Shown here in pieces: positions 1-12,607 of a stretch of 60,000 nt of DNA; position 1 is the stretch's first letter, and the number at the start of each line of letters is the position of its first letter. The notes beneath the pieces are model-generated. The model worked only from the letters and a program-made list of their open reading frames with translations, searched no databases and was not told the DNA's origin. The translations under genes and the position numbers were made by a program. This stretch comes from Felis catus (Eukaryota). The stretch spans positions 226,674,001-226,734,000 of the forward strand of contig NC_058368.1 in the NCBI RefSeq assembly GCF_018350175.1, read 5' to 3'.

Positions 1-884
1 AAAAGTTCCAAATCCCCTGGGCTTACACAAAACCACCCAAAAGGCTCACCAGTCAAACTCACTGATGTCCTTTTGATATCTGGTATCATGTTAGTAACAA
101 CACTGTTTTTCTTTGAGATCAAGTCTCTGCCTACTGGGAACCGCATCCTAATTACTGCCCAAAGGGGATTTTTTTTCAATGCATTGTTGTGTCTTGTCTT
201 AAGAAATTCATTAGTTATTTCAAAACATAACCCATATGCTGTTCTCCTCTCCTCTGTTTTATGTAAGATTTCTCTCTCTTTCTTTTTTTTTTTGGCAGAA
301 AGTTCCAGAAATTTTTCTATTCTCACAAGAATAGCTCTAGGCACTTTCCCAGTATAATAAAGAAGCGTTTTATGTTATGGGTGATGGCCAGTTAACATTT
401 GTATTTCTCCGGAAGAACTACAGCATTTCTATCAGCCAAGGGAAACACCTGCATAGCCTGTGTTTCTGAATTACATCCATGACCACACGTCCCATAAACA
501 AGGAATCAGAATCCAAAGGAGAAAAGCCACAGGTGCTGCAGAAAAACAGCTCCATGTAAATCCGTAATATGCAACAGTCTCTTCAAAACAAACAAGATTA
601 TGAGGGTATCATTACAGCCAGGAAATATGGACATCACCTATAATCACCTACAATCAGCCTATAATTATTTTTATAACATACAGGGTTTGGACTACACATG
701 ATCACAAATTAAAGCCCTAAGGCAGGGTTCCTTTTGGTGGCTGACAAATACACAGATTGTATTTGTAAAATATGTAGCCAGACCTGAATCTTCTTCGTTC
801 TTAACAAATTCAAAACACAAATCTGGAAACAAGGGTGCATTCAGACCACAGAGCCCTTAAACTACCACATCCCTCAGTCGAAAA

Positions 885-887
<3 letters not shown>

Positions 888-928
<41 letters not shown>
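888..928. repeat. (CA)n microsatellite
   Basis: Direct read. Confidence 0.95.
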
Positions 929-932
<4 letters not shown>

Positions 933-1052
933 TATATATTAATAATAATATTTCAATAGAGGAATCAGGGCAAAACCAAAAACTAGAAACCACTTTAAAT
1001 TTACTTGAAAATGATGACATTGCCCAGAACCTATCTCTTTCAGAAGGCTTAC

Positions 1053-1220
1053 TCAATGAAGATGCAAAGCTAATGGGAGAACCAATGACTTTTTGTCAGG
1101 TATCCAACAGACATGCTCCACAGTACCGGACTTTCGCAGGAAGTAAGTAATGCCCACAGGAACCTCCCAGACACATTCCACGGAGGACAATGGAAGACAG
1201 TCTTCTGAAGAACCCAAATA
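1053..1220 (-). other. Possible alternative downstream exon (168 nt)
   Basis: Acceptor ccacatcacag|TAT and donor TGA|gtaagc; frame 0 is open up to a TGA as its last codon. Confidence 0.25.
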
Positions 1221-1479
1221 CTGTGATGTGGACAATAAATACCAAGAGAGATGATGTCATCGGAAACCACGTTAAGCGAGAGGGTCTGGGGATGAGATGA
1301 GCCTGGTCGCTGGACTATAAGAATGAACGCGTGGGTCACGCTTGTCAGGAGGAGTTTCACGGTGGGCAGATTAAAATGAAGCAAGTCTCTCGGGAGGCCC
1401 TGTCAACAAGGCTGCTTCTCAAAACATTTTACATAACATCTCGTAACTTTGGATCTTTATGTTTAATAAAGCCTTTATG

Positions 1480-1583
1480 GCGAAAAATACTGATACTGTT
1501 TATTCAATGAAACTTTTGCTATTTTTTAATGGCTTAATGTTTGCTACATTCACACCACTGCGTTGGGTATGCTCTTAGAACAG
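1480..1583 (-). other. Candidate terminal exon
   Basis: Strong acceptor tctctctgttttgtcttactttgcag|CTG at 1584/1583; stops in all frames (LF*, CSKSIPNAVV*, VLRAYPTQWCECSKH*); AATAAA 1499-1504; 3' end approximate. Confidence 0.55.
1499..1504 (-). terminator. Polyadenylation signal AATAAA (also ATTAAA at 1525-1530 and 1462-1467)
   Basis: Canonical hexamer about 80 nt into the candidate last exon, followed by U-rich sequence. Confidence 0.45.
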
Positions 1584-2358
1584 CTGCAAAGTAAGACAAA
1601 ACAGAGAGAGACAAACAGATAATCAGGGTGTCAAAAAGATCATGATGATTCTGTACCGATATGTACACACACTTGGGAATGATTTTTCACACTGACGGCC
1701 CAGATCCCAAGTAGTCAACCACCTCCTCTGAATGCTACGGTGCCAATGAGTTATTAAGGACAAAAAAAAAAATCAATCTTTTTAAAGGTGTCTGAAATGT
1801 CAGTGATCCACACCAGCTGTCAAGTTAAGCAAGAGCTCTGCATCACCAGTCTCTTTGCCTGGTGAAGTTTGCCACATACCAAGCACTGACAACATAAATA
1901 TTATTTTAATTCCAAAGATATAGCCTCTTGAGCGTTTATAAAGTCTAACTACTTAAATGTTATCAGCTGGCTCCGAAACTCTAACTGTTTACGACTCAGA
2001 AGTCATCGTCTTTCCCATTGCCATGAAAGTGGTGGGCTATCAACCCAGTTTGTGCCTTAAAAAGATGCGATAGTAAGAAGGCTTCTGACAAACATTATTT
2101 TTGACATTATTTAATGAATCACTAAGCCCAGTCCCCATTTAAAAATATAAATCAAACACAAAAACATTACAGGGCAGACCAAAGCAGGAAAGGGAGAATG
2201 CATTGTCGCAGACCGGGCAAGAGAGTTGCCAATAATTTGGCTCTAGGTTTATAGGTCTCTTGTGGTGTTTTTGTAGAAAACTGTGGCTCTTTGCTCCCTA
2301 GACAGGTGTGCAATGAGACAGGCATATTGCCTATGCGAAAACGGAACCAAATAAATAA

Positions 2359-2400
2359 ATAGATAGATAGATGATAGATAGATAGGTAGATTGATAGATA
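2359..2400. repeat. (ATAG)n microsatellite
   Basis: Direct read, imperfect. Confidence 0.85.
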
Positions 2401-2605
2401 AACTAGAGATGACACCATATTTCCCAATAGATGTCAACAAACACTTAACTACCTTTCATTCAACTTATATTATTGCATGACAACTTGAAAATAATTGAAG
2501 TATAAGATGTAAGAAAAGGATGGCCAGGATTACCAGCCATTGTTCACAGGAAATGAAATGTTCTGCTAAGCAACCCAAATACTAAGGACAAGGAAAGAAA
2601 ACCTA

Positions 2606-2707
2606 TATTTTATTTTATTTTATTTTATTTTATTTTATTTTATTTTATTTTATTATTTTATTTTATTTTATTTTATTTTATTTTATTTGTAAAGTTTATT
2701 TTCTTAT

Positions 2708-2744
<37 letters not shown>

Positions 2745-2894
2745 CAGAGAGAGAGGGAGAGAGAGAATCCCAGGCAGGCTTCAAGCTCTCAGTGCAGAGC
2801 CCAACACAGGGCTCCAAGCCACGAACCGCAAGATCACGATCTGAGTTGAAATCGAGAGTCAGACACTCAACCAACTGAGCCACCCAGGTGCCCC
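2606..2894 (-). mobile_element. Carnivore SINE with tail expanded into (TTTTA)n
   Basis: Reverse-complement GGGGCACCTGGGTGGCTCAG head, (CT)n region, pentamer tail 2606-2688. Confidence 0.92.
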
Positions 2895-3398
2895 AAAAAC
2901 TGTATTTTAAAGTAAAGCAATACTCCCTTATTGCCACAGACTTAAAACATGAAGCCAGATGAGCAATGGGTGTTATATATGTGATGAATCACTAAGTTTT
3001 ACTCCGGAGAGAACATTTAATCTAAAATAATTAGGCCAGCATTTGTGCCTCTAACACAAAAGGATGTGTCTTTTCTGCTCACTGATAACAGAAAGCTAGC
3101 ATAACTGAAAAGAACCAAGAAAACACCAGCGGATAACCATCCTTTGTGGGATTCTCAATCCCCTTGTGTGGATCACCCAGGAATCAAACTCTAGATTTGT
3201 TTCGTACCTCAAAAAAAAAGGCAAAGCAACACACACGAATGATAAGAGCACATAAAGAAGTACACAAAGGGAGGCAAGTTTACATGAAGACACATCTGTA
3301 TGTCAGAATAAGTTAGAGGCAAGCCTGGAATACTCCGTAACTCAGGTTGAGAGAAACTCAACATGTGATTATTTTTTCTAGAGCCACTGTTGCTAATC

Positions 3399-3613
3399 CA
3401 GGGTTTCTCAATCCTGGTGCTACTATCATTTTGATTGAAGCCAGATAACTCTTTGTTTAGAGAGGCTGTCCCGTGCACTGTTGGATGTTTAACAGCCTCC
3501 TTGGCTTCTACCAACTGGGTGCCAGTAGCACTCCCTCCGACATGTGGCAACGAAAAATGTCTCCAGAGTCAAATGTCACCTGGGGAGCCAAACTGTCCCC
3601 ATTGAGAACTACT
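3399..3613 (+). mobile_element. MER20-like hAT-Charlie DNA transposon
   Basis: cagggtttctcaa...ttgagaactact termini and internal gatgtttaacagcctccttggcttcta motif. Confidence 0.75.
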
Positions 3614-3619
3614 ATCCCA

Positions 3620-3845
3620 GGGGCACCTGGGTGGTTCAGTTGGTTAAGCATCTGACTCTTGATTTCAGCTCGGTCATGATCTCATGGTTCGTGAGATCGA
3701 GCCCCACATCAGGCTCTGCGCGGACAGCATGGAGCCTACTTGGGATTCTCTCTCTCTCCCTCTCTCTCTCTCCCCCCTCCCCCTCTCTTGGATATTCTCT
3801 CTCTCACTCTCTCTCTCTCTCAAAATAAATAAACATTTTTTAAAA
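3620..3845 (+). mobile_element. Carnivore SINE
   Basis: tRNA-derived head with A/B boxes, (CT)n, AATAAA tail. Confidence 0.92.
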
Positions 3846-3852
3846 AGATCTA

Positions 3853-4062
3853 GGGGCGCCTGGGTGGCTCAGTCGGTTAAGCGTCCGACTTCAGCTCAGG
3901 TCACGATCTCGCGGTCCGTGAGTTCGAGCCCCGCGTCGGGCTCTGGGCTGACTGCTTGCTCAGAGCCTGGAGCCTGCTTCGGATTCTGTGTCTCCCTCTC
4001 TCTCTGCCCCTCCCCCACTCACACTCTGTCTGTCTCTCTCTCAAAAATAAACATTAAAAAAA
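3853..4062 (+). mobile_element. SINEC_Fc-type SINE
   Basis: ggggcgcctgggtggctcagtcggttaagcg head, in tandem with the previous SINE. Confidence 0.93.
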
Positions 4063-4153
4063 ATTCTTTTTAAAGAAAAAGGAAAAAAAAGAAACCAACA
4101 GAAAGGAAAGGAGGGGAAAATATTTAATGGTCATCAAACATGATCAAGACACT

Positions 4154-4380
4154 GGGGCGCCTGGGTGGCGCAGTTGGTTAAGCGTCTGACTTCAACCAGG
4201 TCACGATCTCGCGGTCCGTGAGTTCGAGCCCCGCGTCGGGCTCTGGGCTGATGGCTCGGAGCCTGGAGCCTGTTTCCGATTCTGTGTCTCCCTCTCTCTC
4301 TGCCCCTCCCCTGTTCATGCTCTGCCTCTCTCTGTCCCAAAAATAAATAAATGTTGAAAAAAAAAATTAAAAAAAAAAAA
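4154..4380 (+). mobile_element. Young SINEC_Fc
   Basis: Near-consensus body, perfect 14-bp target-site duplication (TSD) atgatcaagacact. Confidence 0.96.
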
Positions 4381-5199
4381 ATGATCAAGACACTAAAAGA
4401 TCCAAGAAATATGGGAAGAACGATTTACAAAATGCCTCGGATTCTTTACAGGATAAACTGTCAATTCATTCAATAAATAGGCACTGGGCACCTACCATGA
4501 TTCAAGGCCTGAGATACAAAGATAAAAGAGAACCATATCCTGCCATTTTCAGGAGTTTAGGGACCCACTGAAGTCTAAGACATACAGACTAATTCTCAAA
4601 CCTGGCTATATGTTCAAATCACCTGGAGGAGCTTTGCCAAACTGCCAATGGCTGGGCTTACACCCAGGCCAATTACATAAGCATCTAAACTTTTGGGCAG
4701 TTCTTAAACACCTTTGAGCTAGACCATTAAGGTGGGCGGAGATGGCATTTCTAGTTGAAGAAGCTACAAGAGAAGAGTCGCCATGATAGAAAATCAAGGG
4801 CATTTAACAGCTAAACATAAAAACAAGTGGTTCAGTTCCCTCCATTTACAAGGTCTGAGAAGGGCAGTAAAAGAAAATAGAGTGGGTGAAAACCAGACCC
4901 TGGAGGGTGTTAAACTTTGGAGAGCATGGAGAATCTCTATTTCTGAGAAAAGAGGAAAACTATACTTCAAAAACTTAACCTTCCTAGAACTCTAATAATA
5001 GAGGGTCCAAGGGAAGAGGCAAAGGCGTGAAGTTGAGTGTCACGTCTAAGGCAATAAGCCCAAATGAAAGCCCTGGCTTCCCTTCATTCCCACAGAAACT
5101 CTCCTTGGCGGACTCCCCTTCGGCCTCACCCAGGGCACACTAGATTCCCTCAAGGGTCAGGGCTGGACCCTGCGGCCTTGTTACCCTGATTCGTTTTCC

Positions 5200-5740
5200 C
5201 TAGGTGATGTCATGTCTGTTCAGTCAGTTATCATCTGCGTACGCGTTTGGAAATTCTCCACCCAGACCTCACCCCCCACTCCGACTGTTAACCCTAACTG
5301 CCTGTTTAACATCCATTCCCCTTGGACACACTGAAGTAACCTCAAACTCACCATGTCCAAACTTGAACTCGTCATATTCCTTACAAAGCCTAGGGCTCTT
5401 TATGCTTTTTCTTCCTCTGGAAATGGTACCACATCCCATCCAGTTGCACAGGTCAGAGATTTGCATGTCATTCTTAACACTGTCTCTTTCACCCCCATAC
5501 CTGGCCTACCACCAGGTCCTATGGATTCTACCTTGCGTATGTCTCTTAGATTCCTCCTGCTCTCTCCCCCTCCGTCAGCACCTCCTTAGCCCAAGACGCC
5601 ATCTTCCTTGTTTGACTGTTTCCATAAAAGTTTCCGCTCACCGACCCAAATTCACTCTGGTCTCCCTGCCACCAAGTCACCAGTTCAAATTCCAAAACTA
5701 ACCATGTCACCACTTTACTCAAAATTCTTTCACGGCTTCC
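5200..5740 (+). mobile_element. L2 LINE remnant
   Basis: cctcaaactcaccatgtccaaacttgaactc and related L2 motifs. Confidence 0.6.
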
Positions 5741-5748
5741 TATGGGTC

Positions 5749-5952
5749 TTTTTTTTTTTTTTTAATGTTTATTTATTTATTTTGAGAGAGAGAGAAAGAG
5801 TGTGAGTGGGGTAGGGACAGAGAGAGGGAGAGGGAGAGGGAGAATCACAAGCAGGCTCCACAAGGGGCCTCAATCCCACGAACCGCAAGATCCTGACCTG
5901 AGCCCAAATCAAGAACTGGGTGGCTCAACCGATGGAGCCACCCAGGTGCCCC
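5749..5952 (-). mobile_element. Carnivore SINE
   Basis: Poly-T, (GA)n, ...gagccacccaggtgcccc. Confidence 0.92.
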
Positions 5953-7300
5953 CGGTCTCATAATATTTAAAAACTTCCTCAGAAGGCCTGACTACATCTC
6001 CAACCAGCCACAAAAGCCTTTGTTTAGCCCTACACGTTTGCCACTCTTGCTCCCGCCACAGGGCCACTGGATGCACGGTTCCATCTGCCAAGAGCTTGGT
6101 ATCCCTGTTTGGACTATTCAACTCCTTGGCCACCCCTCAGTTCCCAGTAAAGTCATGACTTCCTCCAGGCACCCTTCCCTGATCTCCCTGCCTTACCAGC
6201 GGTTTCTAACAGCAACTTGATTTGGATACAACTCTACGTTTGGTTGACTTACATTTGATGAAAGCATTTGCTTCACACTTGTGCCCCCACCAACATAACC
6301 CCTAAATCATCCCAACACGGGGCTGGGAAGAACCAAAAAATACGTAGGAGAGAGTGTGCCAGAGAGAGAATGGATTCAAGAGTTCTTCTGATTTAGAGAT
6401 CCTCAATGTAACAAGAAGGAGTAGACTCAAAGATGATGACAAAGCTCTCGGGTCTGGATGACGAAGAAATACGAACTGTTAGGTTACTAACTACACCGAT
6501 CCTGATTGACTGATTTCATTTGTACGTGGTTTTCTTTGCTTTAGTTTGCACCGTTCCAATCCCCACACCAAAACACACTATTCTTTTATTTAAAGCAAAT
6601 GACCTAAAGTTGGCTGCTACCAGCACATTCCAGTCAAGCCCCAGCGCAATAATTAGTGCAGGCTTACAAGTACTCCCACGGTAAGACCAACTCTCATCCC
6701 CTGCAGCATTAAATATGAAACACCCACATGCAGGGAAACGCTACCTCAGGGCAAACAAAACTTTCTTCATAGAGGAACGTTCAGTGCATGCACGAGTAAT
6801 GAAGTTCGTGGACTGCTTCAACCCTGCATAGTTTATTTTTAGTCTTAACCTAATTTCACTAGTCCAGAAATATTAACACATTATGTCTACCACATCAGAA
6901 TACTTTTCGTCATAAAATAATAAAGTACATATCCAAAGGCTGCTAAGATTTGAATTTATTTCACCCCAAAAATCCCCTTCTCTTGCGCTGGCAAATATTA
7001 GTTTGAACCTGAATTATTTTATGGAACCTGGTAAGTTCCTGCTCAGTAAGTACTTCTGTTGTTAAGCCATATTTTATCCCTTTTCACTTTTACAGGGAAG
7101 GCATTAAAGTTTATTTTTTAAGGCAAAGCTGTTATATAATAAACCATTCTGGACATGACACAGTTTATGTATTCATAAAATGTTTCTGAGTTTCAAAAGA
7201 TGCATGTTACAGCGTTATCGCACCTACAGGAGTTGCCAAATATTTGCAATATTTTTGAAATAATAATAAGGACAGGTATACACAATAAAAAGCTACCAAC

Positions 7301-7346
7301 CGATTTCTGGGAAAGCAAATTGCACTCCGAAGTCTTAAAGAGTTTC
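7301..7346 (-). CDS. Candidate 46-nt internal exon, frame unresolved (GNSLRLRSAICFPRNR / KLFKTSECNLLSQKS / ETL*)
   Basis: Acceptor atttctttacttctag|GAA and donor TCG|gttggt; an alternative donor TAG|gtgcga would give a 123-nt exon ending at 7224. Confidence 0.4.
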
Positions 7347-8174
7347 CTAGAAGTAAAGAAATTATGGGCTTCATTCTGTCTCTGCAAGATATCAAATGCA
7401 AGGGTAGCACTGAATTCTAACATATCAACTTTATGATGTACCCATAGGACTCAAAAGTTCCCAGCTAGATTATTCTCCTTTGGTGGGAAGTTGGAAGACA
7501 TGGTACAAATTTGGTTAATGCTTATCTACATATATGATGCTGTAAATCAAAGACCACACAGTAAACCATCAATCGGACTGGGCAGACTTATATCCACGGT
7601 CTCCAGGGATGGGAGGCACACTGACTTTATTCATCAGTGTTGACCCGCCGAAGCAGGGCACCAGTGAGGTGGACAGGACAGCTCCTGACAAAACAGACCA
7701 TCTAATTTACGTTGGCAAAAGCCACTGCCTGCATCAGACCATCTGCTTTCTGGGAGAAACAAAGAAAATTCCAGAGTGCAACAGTAATACTGCCTTCCCT
7801 TGCAGTGAGGAGGGATGCCTGTCATTGGATTCCCTCTTCTGCCAAGACCTCTTCCCTCTTTCTACCAAGCAAACGAACACGACAGTGACTTTTGATAAAT
7901 AGGGTAAAAGCTTTTTTCTTTTTCTGAGCTGGCTTGACCATCTCATTGGCAAGATGGAGAAGCCTTCCTTAAAACTTTCTGCAGTAGTATTCTTCGTCAC
8001 CCCCTACTGCTTGCTGCTTCTCTACTTCGAGAAAATGAGAACGCACGTCCTTTTGTAAACACTATGCTTTCTCCAGAGACTCAAAGACATGACAGCTCAG
8101 AGTTCTTCAGTACGACGGAGCAAACGTTGAGCTGTTGCAATGCTCACTGGGCCTTAGAGTTAAAAAGAGTTAAC

Positions 8175-8375
8175 GGGCACCCGGGTGGCTCAGTCGGTTA
8201 AGCGTCCAATTTCCGCTCAGGTCACGATCTCAGTTTGTGGGTTCGAGTCCCACGTCGGGCTCTGTGCCGACGGCTCAGAGCCTGGAGCCTGCTTCGGATT
8301 CTGTGTCTCCCTCTCTCTCTGTTTCTCCTTTGCTTGCGCTCTCTCTCAAAATGAATAAACATAAATAAATAAATA
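8175..8375 (+). mobile_element. Carnivore SINE
   Basis: Head, body and tail pattern. Confidence 0.92.
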
Positions 8376-9063
8376 GAGATGACATTTGGGCGGTCTCCCT
8401 TCAAAGATTCCACGGTGTATTAAAGAAGACAAACATCTGCTATAAACAAATAAGTGAAGTAACAGGTACTGTGAGACACAAGCAAGAAAATGGGAAATGG
8501 CTATTTTTGCTAATGAATTTTGGACCTGGAAAGGCTTTTCCAGGACCCAGGGTGAGGCATATTCTCTGCAGCACCTCCTGATCCCTCCCTAACAAGGAAA
8601 ACTATGTTTATGTGGCTAAATGAGTTACTATAAACCATTAAATCGTAAGAGACGGCCTTAAAGGTAGAAAAGAGGTTTTAAAAAAAGGATAAGGAGTATT
8701 TTCAGGGTGCATCAGGGGGCATGGGGCTCACACTCCTTTGCCTTGGGCATGAAAGAAGAAAGGAGATTTCGGGCATTTGCTTTCGGAGTGCATATTGAAC
8801 CAGGCTGGTGCCTGCCCACTCTTCCCCAGTTCATCTTTTAGCTGGTGCAGTATAGCTGGGAAGCAGCTGGCACGACCTGGGGCCAGTACAGATGGCTCTG
8901 CGGAAGCTACTCCACAACGTAGCATGTTGTGTCCCTCCACACGACACTTAAAGCCTCTAAAGAACTCCGCAATTACAAAATGCTTCCCTTTCCCCTCTCT
9001 GGTTTTATCTCCATTACTTCCTAAAGCAAGCATTATTACTTCAGCTGAAAAAAGCACAAATGA

Positions 9064-9280
9064 GGGGCGCCTGGGTGAGTCAGTCGGCTGAGCGTCCAAC
9101 TTCGGCTCAGGTCATGATCTCACGGTTCGTGGGTTCGAGCCCCGCGACGGGCTCTGGGCGGACAGCTCAGAGCCTGGAGCCTGCTTCGGATTCTGTGTCT
9201 CCCTCTCTCTCTCTGCTCCTCCCCTGCTCATGCTCTCTCTCTCTCTCCTTCAAAAGTTTTAAAAAAAAAACATTAAAGAA
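9064..9280 (+). mobile_element. Carnivore SINE
   Basis: TSD aaaagca[c/t]aaatga. Confidence 0.92.
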
Positions 9281-10113
9281 AAAGCATAAATGAAGCGTCA
9301 GAAAGGTGAAATTAGTACCCCCAAATGACTCCAATAGTAATGTTAAAAACATGTGGATGGACCCAGAAGCCCTGATACCCCAAATAACAAACTGGTGAGT
9401 CACAGCCATTTATAAAATAAAAGTTGGATATAGCATATGAAACTACAAATTTCTAGAACCCTTGAAAAATTGAAATCTGGAAACTGAAACAGTTCTGGGC
9501 TAATTCCATGTGCTAGTAACAGGGTAGGAGGCAGAACATTTGAGCACCAATGAATTCTCTACCATCTAAACCAGCCCATTCCAGATGATGTACGCGTTCA
9601 CCTGACCTGTTGGCATCTGAGGGCACCTGCTAAACCATATGGCAAGTGGCAGGGGACATCTCATCCAAAACGCTCAGAATACTCTTCTCCTTTAGGTCAT
9701 CTCCAGCGTGATTCCATTCACACAAATTTCGTCCAAATGTCGTCTGCTCAACCACGTCACATAATGTACCTAAACAGTGATGGAAAATACATCCTCTGGA
9801 AAAGTCTGTCTATACCCCGATCGAATCATTTTACTGTTATAAACGATCTACATATTTGTGGAGAATAAAGGCCACTGGATTCCAATTGCTGTCTCTAGCC
9901 CTATTTCCACCTCCCCATGTTAAAGCAGACACTTTAATCTCCTGGAGTCCTACGCCTGTTCATTTGCCAATGACTATGGAATAGGTCAAGGTTTAGAGGT
10001 CTTGGAAGGTTCCCAAAGTCACTTCTATTGTCACTAGTATAATTCTAAAGAATGAACACCCAAACTAGGGCATTCTCAGTTTCTACTTTTCTAGTTAAAA
10101 GACATTCTTTGGA

Positions 10114-10320
10114 GGGACGCCTGGGTGGTTCAGTCAGTTAAGCGTCCAACTTTAGCTCAGGTCATAATCTCACAGTTCATGAGTTCGAGCCTCCCGTCTG
10201 ACTCTGTGCCGACAGCTCCGAGTCTGGAACCTGCTTCGGATTCTGTGTCTCCCTTTCTCTTTCTGCCCCTCTCCCTCTCGCTCTCTGTCTCTCAAAAATG
10301 AATAGACGCTAAAAAAAAAT
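10114..10320 (+). mobile_element. Carnivore SINE (donor of the segment copied to 11930)
   Basis: TSD gacatt[c/a]tttgg. Confidence 0.92.
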
Positions 10321-11379
10321 TTTTAAGGACATTATTTGGGGGAAAAAAGGCACCATTGATTTAAATGGCAGTCAAACTGTTGGTTAGGTTTTATGACTCC
10401 AGTTCCATTTTGGGATTTGAATTCGCCTGTGGAAAACAGATGTTTAGCTGCTAAAACAATAACATTTTAAAGTTTCATTTCACAAAAATTAAAGCACAGC
10501 TATAACCCAGAAGCTCAAAAGGAACCAGCCCACACAGTTATTGTCAGATGAGGGGCAAACAGTCTCCCAAGTCTCTGCTGAGGGGTGCACAGAGCTGCAG
10601 AAAACACACACCCTCCAACCTGACACTGGAAGGTAGTTTTCTGAAAGCCAGCAAGTGCACGGGGCCAGCCTGGAGTGAGAAGTGGACAGCCCATGGCCTT
10701 GAGCAGGGCTGGTCAGCCACAGATGCTGGCCACGTCCTTTTCTCTAGGATCTGCACACTCCGAATTGAGCAGAATAGCACAATTCTAATGACAAGACAGA
10801 GGCAGGGTTCAGGAAAGGGAACGGGGCTCTCAGTATAGACTGTCTAGATCCCCAAGTCACAGTCACTGAAGTTCATCTGCAAAGCAGACTCACATTTTCT
10901 AATTAATTCAATTCAACTAATATAGTTTTGCTGGGAAGGAAAGTAAACTTTGGGGACTTTTTTCTCCTACAGATGAGGAGATATTTTTAGACTTATTTCA
11001 TTTATATTTGAGCAAACCACCCAATTTTTCCTGGCCTCTGTTTGCTGGTACATAAGGTGGAAGGATTTACTTCGGTACCCACTAACTTTCTTTCCAATCC
11101 AGTTCTATGCTTGTATGGATTTCTACTAAGTTCATACGCCTCAGCAATACAAAACAAGCAAGCAAGCAAACAAACAAACACAAGCATTCTTTTTTTCTTC
11201 CAAATTACAGAGCGGAACATTAAATTTCAAAGTCTTTAATATTCTACTTCATAGTTCATAAGCAAAAAGAACCCTTTTTTCTCTATGAATAAAATGCTTG
11301 AACTAAAGAGAGATCTCAGAGTATGGCAGTCATCAATTATCCACAAGAAAAAAAAGTCCCCTAATTTGGAGACAGGCAA

Positions 11380-11705
11380 GGATGAAAAGGCGGAGCACAG
11401 GAGATGTTTAGGGAAGTGAAATTACTCTGTATGGCACCACAAATGTGGATACCTGTCATTCTGTATTTGTCCGAACTCACTGGATGCCCAGCACCTATGC
11501 GGCTCCTAATGTAAGCGATGGCCTCTGGGTGAGAATGATCTGTCAGTGCAGGTACATCAATTACAATCAATGTCCCACTCTGGTGGCCATGTTGATGGGG
11601 CAGCCTGTGCATATGTGGGTCAGGTGATATTTGGAAAATCTCTGTACCTTTCGCTCTATTTTCTGTGAACCTGAAATTACTCTAAAACATAAAGTCTTTA
11701 TTTAA
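11380..11705 (+). mobile_element. Old L1 (L1MC-like) 3' UTR
   Basis: Similar to 41220-41530 (ggcctctgggtga...cccactctggtgg...aaaatctctgtacc). Confidence 0.7.
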
Positions 11706-11821
11706 AAAGAGAGAGAGAGAGAGAGAGAGAAGAAAGAAACCAAGTTTAAAAAAAAAAAAAGCCTGAAAAGTAATGTTCAGGATCTGCTGGTGTGATTAAA
11801 ATGAAGAGTGCTGATGCCTCT

Positions 11822-12137
11822 GGGGTGCCCGGGGGGCTCAGTTGGTTAAGCGTCCAGCTTTGGCTCAGGTCACAGTCTTACAGTTGGTGAGTTCAAGCCC
11901 CTCTCTGCTGTCAGCGTGGAGCCCGCTGACAGTTTCTACTTTTCTGCTTAAAAGACATTATTTGGAGGGACGCCTGGGTGGTTCACTCAGTCAAGTGTCC
12001 ACCTTTAGCTCAGGTCGTAATCTCGCGGTTAGTGAGTTCGAGCCCCCTTTGGAGCCCACTTTGGACTCTCCGTCCCCCTCTTTTTCTGCCTCTCCCCCAC
12101 CAAAATGAATTTTAAAAATGCTAAAAAAAAAAAAAAA
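11822..12137 (+). mobile_element. Chimeric SINE with internal captured segment
   Basis: SINE head, then a copy of 10077-10190, then SINE tail; outer TSD gctgatgcc. Confidence 0.85.
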
Positions 12138-12384
12138 GAGAGAGAAAGAGAGCACGCTGATGCCCTCACAGCTCTACAGGTTCAAAACTGTCGTGGGTGC
12201 AGCAGTACGGTATGAAGCGGATAAATACACATCATTTGGATCAAAATGACTGTTCTCTCAGCAGCCCCACTGGAAGGAGCCTGTCTGCCTCAATGCCTAC
12301 CTGGGGAGAAAAAAATGGTTCTGCAACCAACCTTCTCTGACAACCTTTCTACACGTATAAATACAACATGTATCTCAAAAGTCA

Positions 12385-12607
12385 TTTTTTTTAAATTTTT
12401 TTTTCAACGTTTATTTATTTTTGGAACAGAGAGAGACAGAGCATGAACGGGGGAGGGGCAGAGAGAGAGGGAGACACAGAATCGGAAACAGGCTCCAGGC
12501 TCCGAGCCATCAGCCCAGAGCCTGACGCGGGGCTCGAACTCCCGGACCGCGAGATCGTGACCTGGCTGAAGTCGGACGCTTAACCGACTGCGCCACCCAG
12601 ACGCCCC
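12385..12607 (-). mobile_element. Young SINEC_Fc
   Basis: Near consensus, TSD aaaagtcattt. Confidence 0.96.

Noticed and set aside
960..1149. Plus-strand open stretch EESGQNQKLETTLNLLENDD... with a gtaagt donor
   Set aside because: Poor polypyrimidine tract, no partner exons, not recognisable; cannot be fully excluded
7031..7095. Plus-strand 65-nt gtaagt...tttacag mini-intron
   Set aside because: At the minimum intron size, and the joined flanks hit a stop quickly
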